Assembly (NCBI GenBank): GCA_048128005.1
Contig: JBEUKZ010000125.1
Location: forward strand, 62,001 to 126,000
DNA length: 64,000 bases
Source of the DNA: Veleropilina oligotropha
Taxonomy: Eukaryota
Direction of reading: 5' to 3'
The translations under genes were made by a program, and so were the position numbers. The first letter of the stretch is position 1, and every line of letters begins with the position of its first letter. The notes beneath the pieces are model-generated. The model was given only the letters and a program-made list of their open reading frames with translations, did not search any database and was not told where the DNA came from. Shown here piece by piece: positions 13,604 through 25,905 of this stretch.

Positions 13604-13747
13604 TCTCAGGCTCAATATATACAATCTTTCACGTCATGTTTCCACATTTCTGAGATGTTCCATAACAATTTAGAGACACTTCTATCATCGTTATATTTAT
13701 GTCCAGAGCTTAGAATATACATTGATAAAGTAATATTATTATCAGGA

Positions 13748-14043
13748 CTAGCAATGGTACCCGTCTTCGCCGGGTAAGTCCCCCCAGCCCAATTTTTTTT
13801 TTTTTTTTTGGATAGTGCTCCCTTTTTATTTTTTTTATTTTTTCTCCATTATATTAAAAATGATAGTAACTTTTTTTTTTTTTCGCGAATTTTCCGAATA
13901 TTTTTCGTGGTAAACCTTCCTTGGGGGACCCCGATTAACCCCCCAAAGTTTGAAGGTCCTAGGTCAAAGCGTCTGGGAGGAGTTCAACTTGAAACAGACA
14001 CGCAGACAGACCCGCATACAATTATAGCTCCATTATATTAAGA
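13748..14043 (-). mobile_element. Non-autonomous Helitron
   Basis: Minus strand reads A|TC...(gtct)n...hairpin acccggcgaagacgggt...CTAG|T: canonical ends, A/T insertion site, no TSD. Confidence 0.8.
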
Positions 14044-14158
14044 TTAATTCAAATATTAATCATATGCTGTTCAGTTGGACAATAATAAGCACCATTGGTT
14101 ATCAATAAGCGTATCGACAAGCTGACCTCGGCTAAAATGTGATTTCATTTCTTGTCAG

Positions 14159-14293
14159 GAATAAACGAATGTACGAACGGTAATCATAACTGCCCAAGAG
14201 GTTCTCGATGCGTCGACCAAGAGTTCGGATACACTTGCAATTGTCGAAGAGGATTCCTTATGAAAAATCGCGATGGCAGCTACACCTGTAAAA
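14159..14293 (+). CDS. Exon 7: calcium-binding EGF domain
   Basis: tttcttgtcag acceptor, A|gtatg donor; GINECTNGNHNCPRGSRCVDQEFGYTCNCRRGFLMKNRDGSYTCK; 135 nt, phase 1-1. Confidence 0.92.
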
Positions 14294-14763
14294 GTATGTT
14301 TGAAGCAAATCACAATGCTAGGTTGTTATTCTTATTTTCAAATTGCAAAAGTTGAGAATTTTGCAAGACGTTCTATTCATTGATTAAATATAGTTATGAA
14401 TAACTTCGTCTTGTATGATATTTTCAAGTTCACTGGATGAATGTTCATATCAAATCCGCTGTACGTCATGTCACCTGTAGTCGTGGTGCTATGGCCTTGT
14501 TTTAAATAACAAACAGATCTGTATTTTTGCATATAAACCAAGTTAGTACTGTTACAAATGTTCAAAATATTGAATTTTTAAATATAATTATAGAAATATC
14601 GCCAATAAAACAAAAAGATAGTAAAGATGAATTCTTGTTCATAACTTTTAATTAATCACTATCATTGACTAATGATCATGTCTTCCGTTATTTTGCAATA
14701 ACAAAGATACTTTAAGCTCATTATTTTATCGTTGTTGTACTCATATTTATTTGCTTCGTCCAG

Positions 14764-15059
14764 CCTATGCCGTGTGTACCGCCTCCGGCGATCCACATTT
14801 CAAGACGTTTGATGGTGATAGGATTCATTACCAAGGCACCTGTAAATACCTGTTGGCTGAACCGTGTCCCCCAGAGGAGATGACCAGCATACCGGCCTTC
14901 CGCGTCGAAACCAAGACCGAGCATCGAGGAACCAGAACGACTGTTAGCTACGTTCGATATGTAACCATAGATCTGTTCGAAAATGTTCGCATCCGTATTG
15001 GGCCTGGAAAGAAAGCTTTCATTGGAGAGTTGCAACACATTAATGGCGTTGCCACGGTG
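14764..15059 (+). CDS. Exon 8: VWD domain N-terminal part with GDPH motif
   Basis: ttgcttcgtccag acceptor, GTG|gtgagt donor; YAVCTASGDPHFKTFDGDRIHYQGTCKYLLAEPC...; phase 1 to 0. Confidence 0.94.
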
Positions 15060-15280
15060 GTGAGTACTTATAGCGAACCTATCTCTTTCATTATTGTTAT
15101 CTCTTTCACTGCCAAAATGGATATATGTTGTTGGTGTTTTCATCAGCTTGCGAAAAACAGATATCTCCATTTTTTGGGGTTAGTGTTAGGGTTGAGTTTA
15201 GGAGTTAGGGTTATGATTAGGGCTTGAGTTAGGGTTATGGTTATGTTTAGGGTTAGGTACTCAGCAAGTACTAAAGTGCA

Positions 15281-16192
15281 TTTTTATCCCCTGCCCGAAG
15301 GTAGCGGGGGATATTGTTGTTGCCATGTCCGTCCGTTCGTAAACAATTTGGTTAAAGTTTTGAATTGAGTGTATATAGCTTGCCCATGATACTTTTTGGC
15401 ATATATATGCTTTTGTACGGCATTATATGGATGACACCTGGTACTCTGGAAGTGAGATTGAATAAAAATTAAATTTAATATAATTATTGCATAAATGTAG
15501 GTGTTTTTGAACATAGAAATTTACATTTTGGTGTATATATGCTTTGGTATTGATAATATGAATGTCAACTGATACTATGGAAGTGATGCTGAATTAAATT
15601 TAATATAATTATTGCATAAAAATATGTGTTTGTGGACATATAAATTTTGGTTAAAGTTTCTGGTTAAAGTTTTTCATTGAGTGTATATGGGTTGTTGAAA
15701 CAACATTTTGGTATATGTATGCTTTGGTATTGATAATATGAATGTCAACTGATAAGTATAAGTGATTAGTATAATTATTGCATAAAAATAGTGTTTGTGG
15801 ACATCAAAATTTTGGTTAAAGTTTTGTTTAAATTTTTCAATGGGCATATGTGTTGTTCTAGGCACTGTTTTACATCCATATACTTTAGTGTTGACTAGAT
15901 TGATGGTGCTCCCTCGTCTGCAAGTGATTTATAATATAAATAACGTGAAATTAGTGTTTGTGGACATAGAAATTTTTGGTAAATTTTCATTCTGTGCCAT
16001 TATTGCACACATATTCTTTGGTGATGCTTATATTAATACCACCTTTTACTCTAGCAATGATATTGAATATTATTTTGTATAAATAAATATTGAAGAAACT
16101 TGATGTGTTTGGACATGGAAATTTTGGTTAAAGTTTATATCAGAGTGATTGAGGAAGGCGGGGGATGAATCCGTTTTGTAATGGCTCTTGTC
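15281..16192 (+). mobile_element. HINE-like element related to 884-2169
   Basis: tttttatcccctgcc 5' end, gtccgtcc slot, ggcgggggatga near the 3' end, ends ctcttgt. Confidence 0.7.
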
Positions 16193-16346
16193 TTTATTGC
16201 GTTCATAGTAGTATGAATGCAATCAAACTGTAGTGAGCTAAATAGCGATCGATGTAAATATAACTTTTAATTAGTAAAATTTAATAATTATATATACATG
16301 TATACATTATATTTGAGTGCTCATTTCTAGGTAGCACCTACAACAT

Positions 16347-18061
16347 ATTATTATCCCCTGGCATATAATGCGGGGGATATAATAATCAGCATGTCCATTC
16401 GTCCGTCTGTCTGCTCGGACGGTAATCATTTCGTTTCCGGAGATTATCTCATAAACCGCTTGACATATCTTTACGGCACTTGTGGGTGTATTAAAGACAT
16501 GGTGAACTGGTACCTTTTGCCATGCAGTTTCGACGTTGAGCAGCGATTATTAACAGAGTTATTGCCCTTGCTGTAAATTCTAATCGATATCGTTTCCGGA
16601 GCATATCTCATACACTGCTCAACATAACTTTGCGAAACTTGCTGGGTGTATTAAGTAGACGGTGGACTGGTGTCTTTTGCCAGTTTCGACGTTGAGATGC
16701 GATTATTAACAGAGTTATTGCCCTTGTAAATTCGTTAATGTTATCTTTTCCGGAGCGTATCTCATACACCGCTCAACATAACTTTAGGAAACTTGCTGGG
16801 TGTATTAAGTAGTCTGTGAACTGGTGCCTTTTGCCATTTTCGATGTTGAACAGCGATTATTAAGTGTTTTTGTCCTTGTAAATTCGTTAATGTTATCTTT
16901 TCCAGAGCGTATCTCATAAACCGCTAGCATATCTTTATGAAATTTGGTGGGTGTATTCAGTAGCTGGTGCCTTTTGCATATTTCGACGTTGTGCGGCGAT
17001 TATTAACAGAGTTATTGCCCTTGCTATAACTTCGTTAAAAGATGTTTTTGGAAGTATATCTCATAACTCCTTGACTTATCTTTTATGAAACTTGGTGGGT
17101 GTATTTAGTAGTTGGTAAACTGGTGCCTTTTTGTAATTTTGACCTTGTGCTCTGATTTATGACAAGCGGTATTGCCCTTGTTATTTATCTATTCTGGAGC
17201 ATATATCTCTTAAAGTGCTGGACTTTTCCTTTCAAATATTTCTGGATGTATTCAGTAACTGGTGCCTTTTGCATATTTTGACGTTGTGCTGTGATTATTA
17301 ACAGAGTTATTTCCCTTGCTTTAAATTCGTTAACAGATGTTTTTCGGAGTATATATCATAAAGTCCTCTACTTATCTTTATGAAATTTGGGGGGTGTATT
17401 CAGTACTTGGTCAACTGGTGCCTTTTCGTAATTTTGATGTTGTGCAGTGATTTATTACAGAGTTAATGCCCTTGTTATTTATCTTTCTGGAGCATATCTC
17501 TTAAATCGCTTGACTTTTCCTTACGAATCAGTAGTTGGGTTCAGTAGTTGGTTAACTGATGCCTTTTGCCAATATTGATGTTGTGCTGCGATTATTGACA
17601 GAGTTATTTCCCTTGTTATTAAAACAATGATATTGCGCTTACTGGTATCCTATTGTAGTTTCAAGAACATACAGCATATAGTAATTGTGAATGGACGATT
17701 GTGGAGATATTGATGGCTCTGTCTTCTTGCTTCAACTTAAATGCGCCGATCTAGTTGAATTTAGAAAAGATGATCTTTTGGCCTTTTCTTTTAAACTGCT
17801 GTGATGATTATTGACAACGTTATTATCCTTTTGCTATTTTAAACTTTGGACAGCAAATATTCACAGAGTTAATTATTTCCCTTTTCTCAAATTAGATAAA
17901 ATGATCTTTTCCGGAGCATATCTCTTAAGCTGCTTGACATATCTTTATGACACTTGGTGGGTGTATTAAGTACATGGTGAATTGATGTATTTACAGAGTT
18001 ATTGCCCTTTTCTCAAATTATATAAAATGATCTTTTCCGGACCATTTGTGCACCGGGGTGA

Positions 18062-18092
<31 letters not shown>

Positions 18093-18115
18093 GTCATCTC
18101 CTGATTGCTCTTGTT
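16347..18115 (+). mobile_element. HINE/pearl-like element carrying an array of ~150-156 bp core repeats, copy 1
   Basis: atcccctggcatataatgcgggggat 5' stem, gtcc/gtct slot, about 10 diverged units (ttccggagcatatctc...aacagagttattgccctt), ends ctcttgtt. Confidence 0.85.
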
Positions 18116-18121
18116 TGACTC

Positions 18122-18340
18122 AGACAGCTACACATATATTCAACTGCAGGCAGCCCCACTGATATTTGACTGCAGACAGTTTCACTTATAATTGACTGCA
18201 GGCAGTTTCACTGACATTCGACTACAGGCAGCTCCACTGACATTCGACTGCAGGCAGGTCCACTGATATTTGACTGCAGGCAGGTCCACTGATATTCGAC
18301 TGCAGACAGCTTCACTGATACTCAACGCCACAGTATTTGA
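18122..18340. repeat. Degenerate ~28-bp minisatellite
   Basis: Repeats of gactgcaggcag(c/g)tccactgatatt. Confidence 0.85.
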
Positions 18341-18467
18341 CTGTAATGCTTACCAAGAAAAACAAATTCAATGTAATTGTTATGCTTTACTGTTTATATC
18401 AGGGGTCCTTCGGACTTAGGACGATCATTCTATGTTTGAATCCTGTATATGTTTCTCGTTTTCACAG

Positions 18468-18652
18468 AATAATTATGTCGAAGTGAATTTGCCAGTTAAG
18501 AATCAAGATTCACTTCCTGGCGTAACGATAACGTATTCCTGTAAGGGCATCATTCTGAAGGCAGTCCAAGACAGTCGCACATATCTCACCGTCAGCTTCA
18601 ACGGCGTCAGCAAAGCATCCGTCAAGATTCCCGCCGATATCTACGCCAACAT
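18468..18652 (+). CDS. Exon 9: VWD domain middle part
   Basis: gttttcacag acceptor, AT|gtaag donor; NNYVEVNLPV...LTVSFNGVSKASVKIPADIYAN; phase 0 to 2. Confidence 0.92.
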
Positions 18653-18949
18653 GTAAGTTTTTGACTGGTGAAGTGTAGTGTATAAATGATACATAAGTGC
18701 TTACATCAACAGGCTGGTGAAGTATATTGTATAAAAGATATGTATACAACCTTACATCAACAGGCATTACTACACAGGGCAGTAGATAATTTTAGTACTT
18801 TGAGCAGAGATTGTTTGATAGGGTTTAATTACAAAATGTAACTCGAGATCTGGGAGTTTTCAGGTCCAGGAAATAAGGTTGATCATTTTTATAGCTATGG
18901 AAATAGTGTAAGGGTTGCCATTTTTATCTACGTTTCTTTTTTCTTTCAG

Positions 18950-19078
18950 CGGAATGTGTGGTATTTGCGGTAATTTCAATGGCGATAAACTGGACGATGC
19001 CGTGGATCGTGATGGCAATCCTGCATTGGACGTGGAAATTGGAAACAGCTGGCAAGTCGCGGACTCCGATCTCGACCA
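18950..19078 (+). CDS. Exon 10: VWD C-terminal part (CGIC motif)
   Basis: ttctttcag acceptor, CA|gtgcgt donor; GMCGICGNFNGDKLDDAVDRDGNPALDVEIGNSWQVADSDLDQ; phase 2-2. Confidence 0.92.
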
Positions 19079-20327
19079 GTGCGTATTAAAATCGCATGCA
19101 TATTATGGAATGATTTTGTATGAATTCATTGCCATAGCTTTGTTGTCAAAAGCTGTATGCATTATCTCGCAAACATTTAAATATGAGAAAAGAAACACTG
19201 TAGATATTTGACGTTATCCTGTGGCAGCGAATTTGATGTTTTGATGATATATAACACAAAATGAAGTCGAGTGTTGAATTTTCAACAGGATAAATGTCCA
19301 TATCAAAGGAGACACCACTGGATAAAAATTTATATTCTTGTCAGTTTTGTTTTAAAATCTTCCGATTCCTTTGCGATGTTCAACTATTATTGAGATTATG
19401 ATAAACGCCATGTTAAGTATACAACAGATTATTCTGTGTGCAAAATAAGTAGATGTATGAAAAGCTTAATTAGGATTAGTTTGGTCATACAACGTGATAT
19501 TTTATATGACCTGAAGATCAAATAATTACCCCAAACAAATTTTCATTTTCATACACAAACAATTGTGCAGTTTAACCATTTTGTCATAAATGAGTAACCT
19601 CAATTAGACATCTTTTACACCAATTAATTGTCCAGTATTTCACGTCATTAAAATTAATATTACATATTTCCAGTCTGACGTTTCATTTTATGGTAAACGT
19701 ATATCTTTTATGACACATTTCTTTCCATTGAAAAATCAATTTCAAGTTGTTAACGTAACTTTGACTACAAAGATGCCATGTCTTCGAAACTTGTAATTTT
19801 AACAAAATATGGTTTTGTGGTTTTCATTTTTTAAATATAACGAAAAGAGCCTCTTTAGTGGCATTAGTCGGTGGTTGATAGTTAAAAGGTCAGTGGGAAA
19901 TTTGTTTAAAATGGAAAGCTAGAAAATTTAGAGAAGTGGAAGCAAAATTGGAAAGCAGGTCCTTGTAAAACTCTAGGAAAGAATGACAACAATATCATTG
20001 ACTTCAGGTAGTCTTCTTTGAGTAACAACAGCGAAGTGAAATCCTTCGTATTTACAAGTCATCCTAATTTGATTCGCACACAACATGCGAAAAGCAAATG
20101 CAAGATATAACCAAAATTACGTCTCTGAAAATTAGAAAAATTTGACATTTTGCAAGAAGTTAATTTTGTCATTGTTTGGTTAAACAATCGATTAATATTA
20201 ATTAAGCGAGAACTTGTTTTGCAGGTTGCAACTTGACAGAGGAAAAGAAACCAGAATAGCACTGTTATCTTAAATAATTACCTAGTACATGTACATGATC
20301 ATTGATGTTGTTTCCTCGCATTGTACA

Positions 20328-20851
20328 TATATAGAGGATATCGAACGAGTGTCCATTCCATATGAGAATTATGAAACGATTCGGGCACAATTTATGTACC
20401 GAGCCTTGGCGAGGTACATAAATTTGCTGACGAGTTTCATAATTCTCATATGAAATGGACACAAGTTTAATATCTTCTTTATCACATGATTTTATTTACC
20501 TTTAAACTTATTTTATTGCGTTTTTAAACATATTTCTTTATGTTTTAAAACTAATTTCTGTCAGTACTTTCAGCCATAAATTGCCATTGCCTCAGACGCA
20601 TCACGCCTCGAAAGCACGCGCCATGCCAGTACGCCAATAAAAAATAGTTCAACGTCAGTAATCGACGAGTCAACGCGTATGAATTATTCAACATGTTAAT
20701 TAGGGTGATGCGCCGCCTAATCAACTTGGCGCCAGATGCGATGATCGGCCATCATGCTCGCCCTCATTTGCATACTTATGGGACGTGTCTTTTTGTATCG
20801 AAATTTATGGAACGGCTTCAACCATTCCATAACAGCTTTGTCATGTGATAA
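20328..20851 (+). mobile_element. ~520 bp dispersed element with a long 5' hairpin, copy 1
   Basis: Near-identical to 50494-51018; starts atagaggatatcgaacgagtg, ends tcatgtgataa. Confidence 0.85.
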
Positions 20852-21002
20852 TTACATTTATTGCATTTGATAAAGTGAATACATGTTTGTCAAATGAGAA
20901 ATGTCATTATCAAACCATGCACTCTGTTAGGATTGGTTTGGATAACTTTGTACGATATTTGCTGATGGAACATTACCACAAAGATCACCTTCTCCTTTCT
21001 AG

Positions 21003-21124
21003 ATGCACAGCTAATCCACCGCCGTCTGGCAACTGTGACACCATCGCTAAGCAAGCTCGAGTCGACCAACTGTGCTCCGCCATTACCGACACAACCGGAC
21101 GCTTCGCTAGTTGCATTGCAATCG
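21003..21124 (+). CDS. Exon 11: C8 domain, first part
   Basis: ctcctttctag acceptor, G|gtatt donor; CTANPPPSGNCDTIAKQARVDQLCSAITDTTGRFASCIAI; phase 2 to 1. Confidence 0.88.
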
Positions 21125-21478
21125 GTATTTTACAATTACAAATATTTCAACGCACATAGTTTGTATAATATTTTAACTGGAAAATATATCTTTTCTGGTG
21201 TGTAAGCTGATGTATTGATTTGATTAATTTTAAACAGACCGTTTTAGCTGCTATTTGCAATTGTATTACATCCTGGTAAGAAATAATCTGGCTTTGGATA
21301 ATATTTTAGTGATGATGACAACCAAAGGAGTAGTCTGCGCAATAATATTTCCGATGCTCGATTGAACATATATGATGAGAAAATTTAGATTGACATAGAT
21401 TAGCGCAGTGTAAAATGTTGCTTTTAAACAAATATTACTTGTTTGCATTTGTGTGGACAGCCGCAACGTTTATCTAGT

Positions 21479-23037
21479 TTTTATCCCTCGCCACAAGGCA
21501 ATTAAAGTTTTGCGTTGAGTGTATTTAGTTTGTCTATGGGACGTTATGGTAAGTTTATGCTTTGATATGGGTTATATAGATGCCGACTGATACTCAGAAA
21601 GAGATATTGAATAAAATTGAATATAATTATTGCATAAAAATAGGCATTTTCGGACATCGATATTAAGTTTTCAATTTTTCAAAGGATGCATATGGGTTGT
21701 TCTAAGTACTGTTTTGGATTAATATTCTTCAGTGTTGACTTATTGATGCTTCTTGCTGCTCCTTTGCCAGTGATATTTAATATAAGTAATATATGAAATT
21801 TGTGTTTGTGGATATAGAAATTTTGTTTTGCTCCATGCACTTTTTAGCTCCGTTGAGCTTTACCGGTCCGGCATACATCCGTCCGTCCGGCGTCAACTTT
21901 TGACTTGAAATGTAAATATCTTCAAAACAGTCTAATAACTTTTTTTCTACTTTGGCATGAGTCTTCCTTATGATGTTCTGAATATATCCTGAAAGTATTA
22001 GAAAATTCTACGTCGCTATTTTCTGAAATTTACATTTTTGGACTTAGAAAATCCACTTCCGTGACAAGTATAGACTTCAAATGTGAACTCAGAAACTGTC
22101 TGATCACTTTTATTTTACTTTGGCATGAGCTTTCCTTATAGCTGTAATGTTCTTAACATGTCCTGAAATTTTTAAAATTCTACATCGTGGCTTTTCTCAA
22201 ATTTACGTTTTTGGACTTGGACAATCCACTTCTGCGACATGTTTTGACTTCAAATGTGATTAACTCCGAAACTGTCTGATAATTTTTTTTGTTAATTGGC
22301 ATGAGGCTTCCTTATGTGTTTAACTCAGCCTGTGAACATTAGAAAAATGTACGTCCAAGTTTTGCTAAAATTCGGAATTTGGACTTTGTCAAGACAGGTA
22401 GCCTGCATATTGGTATGCTATTTACATGAGGAAGTGCTGCTCAAATTTCTGGTTGTGTGCCTATATTGACGAACCATTTCCAGCAGAGCTAGATAGGTCG
22501 AAAGGCCTCTTTAGATAGGTCGAAAGGCCTCTTGTTTTCATCTATATCCATTGGTGTTGCATATATTGAATCCACCTTTTACTCTATCAGTGATCTTGAA
22601 TATTATACAATTATGGTCCATTGAACTTTCGTGGTTGTGAATATGATGGAATTTGAACCTAAAAAACTTATATTGACGGAGGCATTAGCATTAAAATAAA
22701 CAATGTAGCAAAATGAACCGTTGAAACATGTCAACAATTGTGGTCGTCTGCAGCTTACATCAGCTTGATTGCGCATGCACTTTTATGGAAATAGACATAG
22801 AAAGGGGCATGTCATAATTATATGTAGAAGTTGTTAGTTACATAAATATTTAAGGATTAATCACATGTTGAGGATCTGGCCAATGAAAGTGCATTTATTT
22901 TTAACTTATATAATAAAATTAAATATATGTATAATGCATGAAATTAGTGTTTTTGGACATAGAAATTGTGATTAAAGTCTGCACCAGAGAGATTGCGGAG
23001 GCTGGGTATGAAATTCACTTTCAAATAGGCTCCTGTT
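21479..23037 (+). mobile_element. HINE-like element with a second HINE-like element (about 21840-22535) nested in it
   Basis: Outer part resembles 15281-16192; inner starts tttttagctc...ccgtccgtcc, has three ~170 bp units and ends ggcctcttgtt. Confidence 0.6.
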
Positions 23038-23178
23038 ATTAAATATTTAACTGTAATGTCCAAGGATTCGTCATGTAAGTTCTTTCCTGATATTCACCTG
23101 ATAACTATTCTCTAGAGGTTTTGTTCACTGTCTAAAAATAACATTTTGATACATGCCATGTATATATGATTCTTTTAG

Positions 23179-23331
23179 TTGGTGACACCAGTGGAGATTA
23201 CGAAGACTGTGTATTTGATTTGTGTAACTCAGCGCAGCCTGAAGAAGATATCTGTAATGAATTGGAGGATTTCGCAGAAATATGCAACAACAATGCCGAA
23301 TCGCCGAACTGGAGAACAGATTCATTTTGTC
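23179..23331 (+). CDS. Exon 12: C8 domain, second part
   Basis: ttcttttag acceptor, C|gtaag donor; VGDTSGDYEDCVFDLCNSAQPEEDICNELEDFAEICNNNAESPNWRTDSFC; phase 1-1. Confidence 0.92.
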
Positions 23332-24799
23332 GTAAGTGGAAACTTTATAAATGATTTGACAGACTGGTCAAATTGAAGGTTTGTATGTGACGTAGTCACG
23401 GAAGCTTTACCAATCGATGGTGATTTGTCCGATGTCTAGCCATCAACTTTTTGGTTTGTCGGTCATTCTTTAAAAAACTGTCTGCTAACTTTTTTTCAAC
23501 TTGATATGAACCTTCCGTATAATGTTGTGAAAATTCACTGCGAAAAGTAGGGAAATCGACATCTCGATATTTCTAAAATTGATTGGTTTGAACTTGTTTG
23601 GTAATTTCAGCGGCATGATAGACCGATCTTGTTTATGTAAATATTTATTGAAAGAATTAACTCAAAAATTTGTTGAATACAGGTATGCTGATTTCATCAT
23701 TCATTTGCTCCTCGAGATTAAAGGTCAATTATGTCAGTCCACAAATCGTATATTCGTACTAAATTATTATTATACAAACAGTAACTGTATGCTAAGCCAG
23801 TAATTAAACAAAGAAAATATTTAAATTGTGCGATAATACTATAGTTTAAAATGGCCACAAAATTGGGCGTGCCCAGCGAAACTTTTCTTCGTGACCTGTG
23901 ACTTTGCAAGCGATTATGACGGCACAACTGCCAAACAAATGCAATAATCTTGACAGCTCGTGCCAGGACAGTTTAGTGCGAAGATCACGATAACTCATGC
24001 CAAATTTAATACGACTTGTGCGATAGCTAATAAAACTCGCACAAGTGTAAAAACATGTACATTATGGTAGTTTTGATAATCAAAGAAGACATTACAGATA
24101 TATGTATTTCCATTAGGATTCAAACGTAATATTCTATGCTGTTAATCTTAACACAATTTGCGCTGAACTCTGTGACATTTCCTGCCACGATTTTGTTTTC
24201 ACACGAGTTTTACAGAGCAATCAATCAATCATAGTTATGATGACACATCAGCTAATTAGCCCAATTGGGGACTTTCCTCCACCACATTCGATGGTCGTGA
24301 CATGTATTTGATTATAAAGAACATGTTATTCGATGATCATCTTTCAGAAACTGTTTATTTGAATACATGTATTAGGTAAAATAAACGATGGAATGGCTTC
24401 TTTTATGACCCACTGCCATATTTGACCTTTGACTCTTTGAGGACGAATGACGTATATAGTCGTCATTCTGGTCAATTTCACAGAGGTCAGATGACGTATA
24501 ATGGTCGTCTTTGTGTTGGCACCATAACATACTATATATTCATGTCGGATAAAGTCGTTATTCTTTGTCAACGGTGGTAAATAGTAAATACATTGTTCAT
24601 TGATAATCGATACGAAGTTTTGCGTATGCAATATAGTTTTTTCTGAAATATGTGTCATGCTCCGTGCCTGTGACTAAATCACTGATTTCATCATATGTAT
24701 GTAAACCCTCAACAATATTATATTTTTTCTATTTTATACTAACTCTAGTATAATTATACTTAGTCTGGTAAATATATAAATGATTAAGTTTTGTCGTTT

Positions 24800-25755
24800 A
24801 TTTTTATGCCCTCACAAACGAAGTTTAAGGGGGTGCATATGACATATAGGAGTCAGCTTGTCCGTCCGTCTGTCTGTCGGGTGGTCTGTTGCAAATTCCC
24901 TTCTGCTCCATATCTCGGACACGATTTGACCGAGGGACACGAAACTTGATGTGTGCATGCTTCATAACCCAAAGGTGTGTCGCGTACCAAAAGTAGGTCA
25001 CCACGACCTACTTTTCATGCTTGACTGCACTTAATCTGAATTTCCCTTCTGCTCCATATCTCCCATACTATTTGACCGAGTGACACAAAACTTGATGTGT
25101 GCATGCTTCATAACCCAAAGGTGTGTCGCGTACTGAAAGTAGGTCACCACGACCTACTTTTCATGCTTGACTGCACTTAATCCAATATTCCCTTCCGCTC
25201 AATATTTCCCATAGTATTTGACCGAGGGACATGAAGCTTGATGTGTGTATGCATGATAACCCAAAGGTGTGTTGCATACTGAAAGTATGTCACTGCGACC
25301 TACTTTTCGGACGACCGCATTTCACCCTAAAATCCTTTCCGCACCATATCTTCCATGCTATTTGACCGAGGGACACGAAACTTGATGTGTGCATGCGTCA
25401 TAACCCAAAGGTGTGTCGCGTACCAAAAGTAGGTCATCACGACCTACTTTTCAAGCTTGACCACATTTGGTCCAAAATTCCCTTCCGCTCCATATCTCCC
25501 ATATTATTTGACAGAGGGACATGAAACTTCAAATGTGTATGTGTTATAACTGAAAGGTATGTCTCATACCGAAAGTAGATCACCACGACCTAGTTTTCAC
25601 ACTTGACCGCATTCAGTCTAAAATTCCCTTCTGCTCCATATATCCCATACTATTTGATTGAGGGACATGAAACTTCATGTGTGTATGCAACAGCCTGTTC
25701 CTGGGTCAAATGCTTTTGTGGTGGCATGTGATCACTCCTGTGATAGCTCTAGTTT
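24800..25755 (+). mobile_element. HINE-like element with about 6 core repeats of ~146 bp
   Basis: tttttatgccctcac 5' end, gtcc/gtct slot, repeated cccttctgctccatatc...cccaaaggtgtgtcgcgtac units, 3' hairpin atcactcctgtgat then ctagtt. Confidence 0.85.
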
Positions 25756-25905
25756 GGCTTGAATACATGATAATATGATGTCATCATTTTGGTGGTACCC
25801 ACAATATTTCTAAAACATACCTACCATAATATATATGGTTTACCCTTGTACAGTTTAGAGTATAGTGATATCCAGATGGACACAAAGCAACAATTTGACG
25901 ATTTT

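Noticed and set aside
12578..13777. 399 aa ORF with YISIILLSTHP repeats
   Set aside because: A 33-bp intronic minisatellite with almost no synonymous variation and no splice signals
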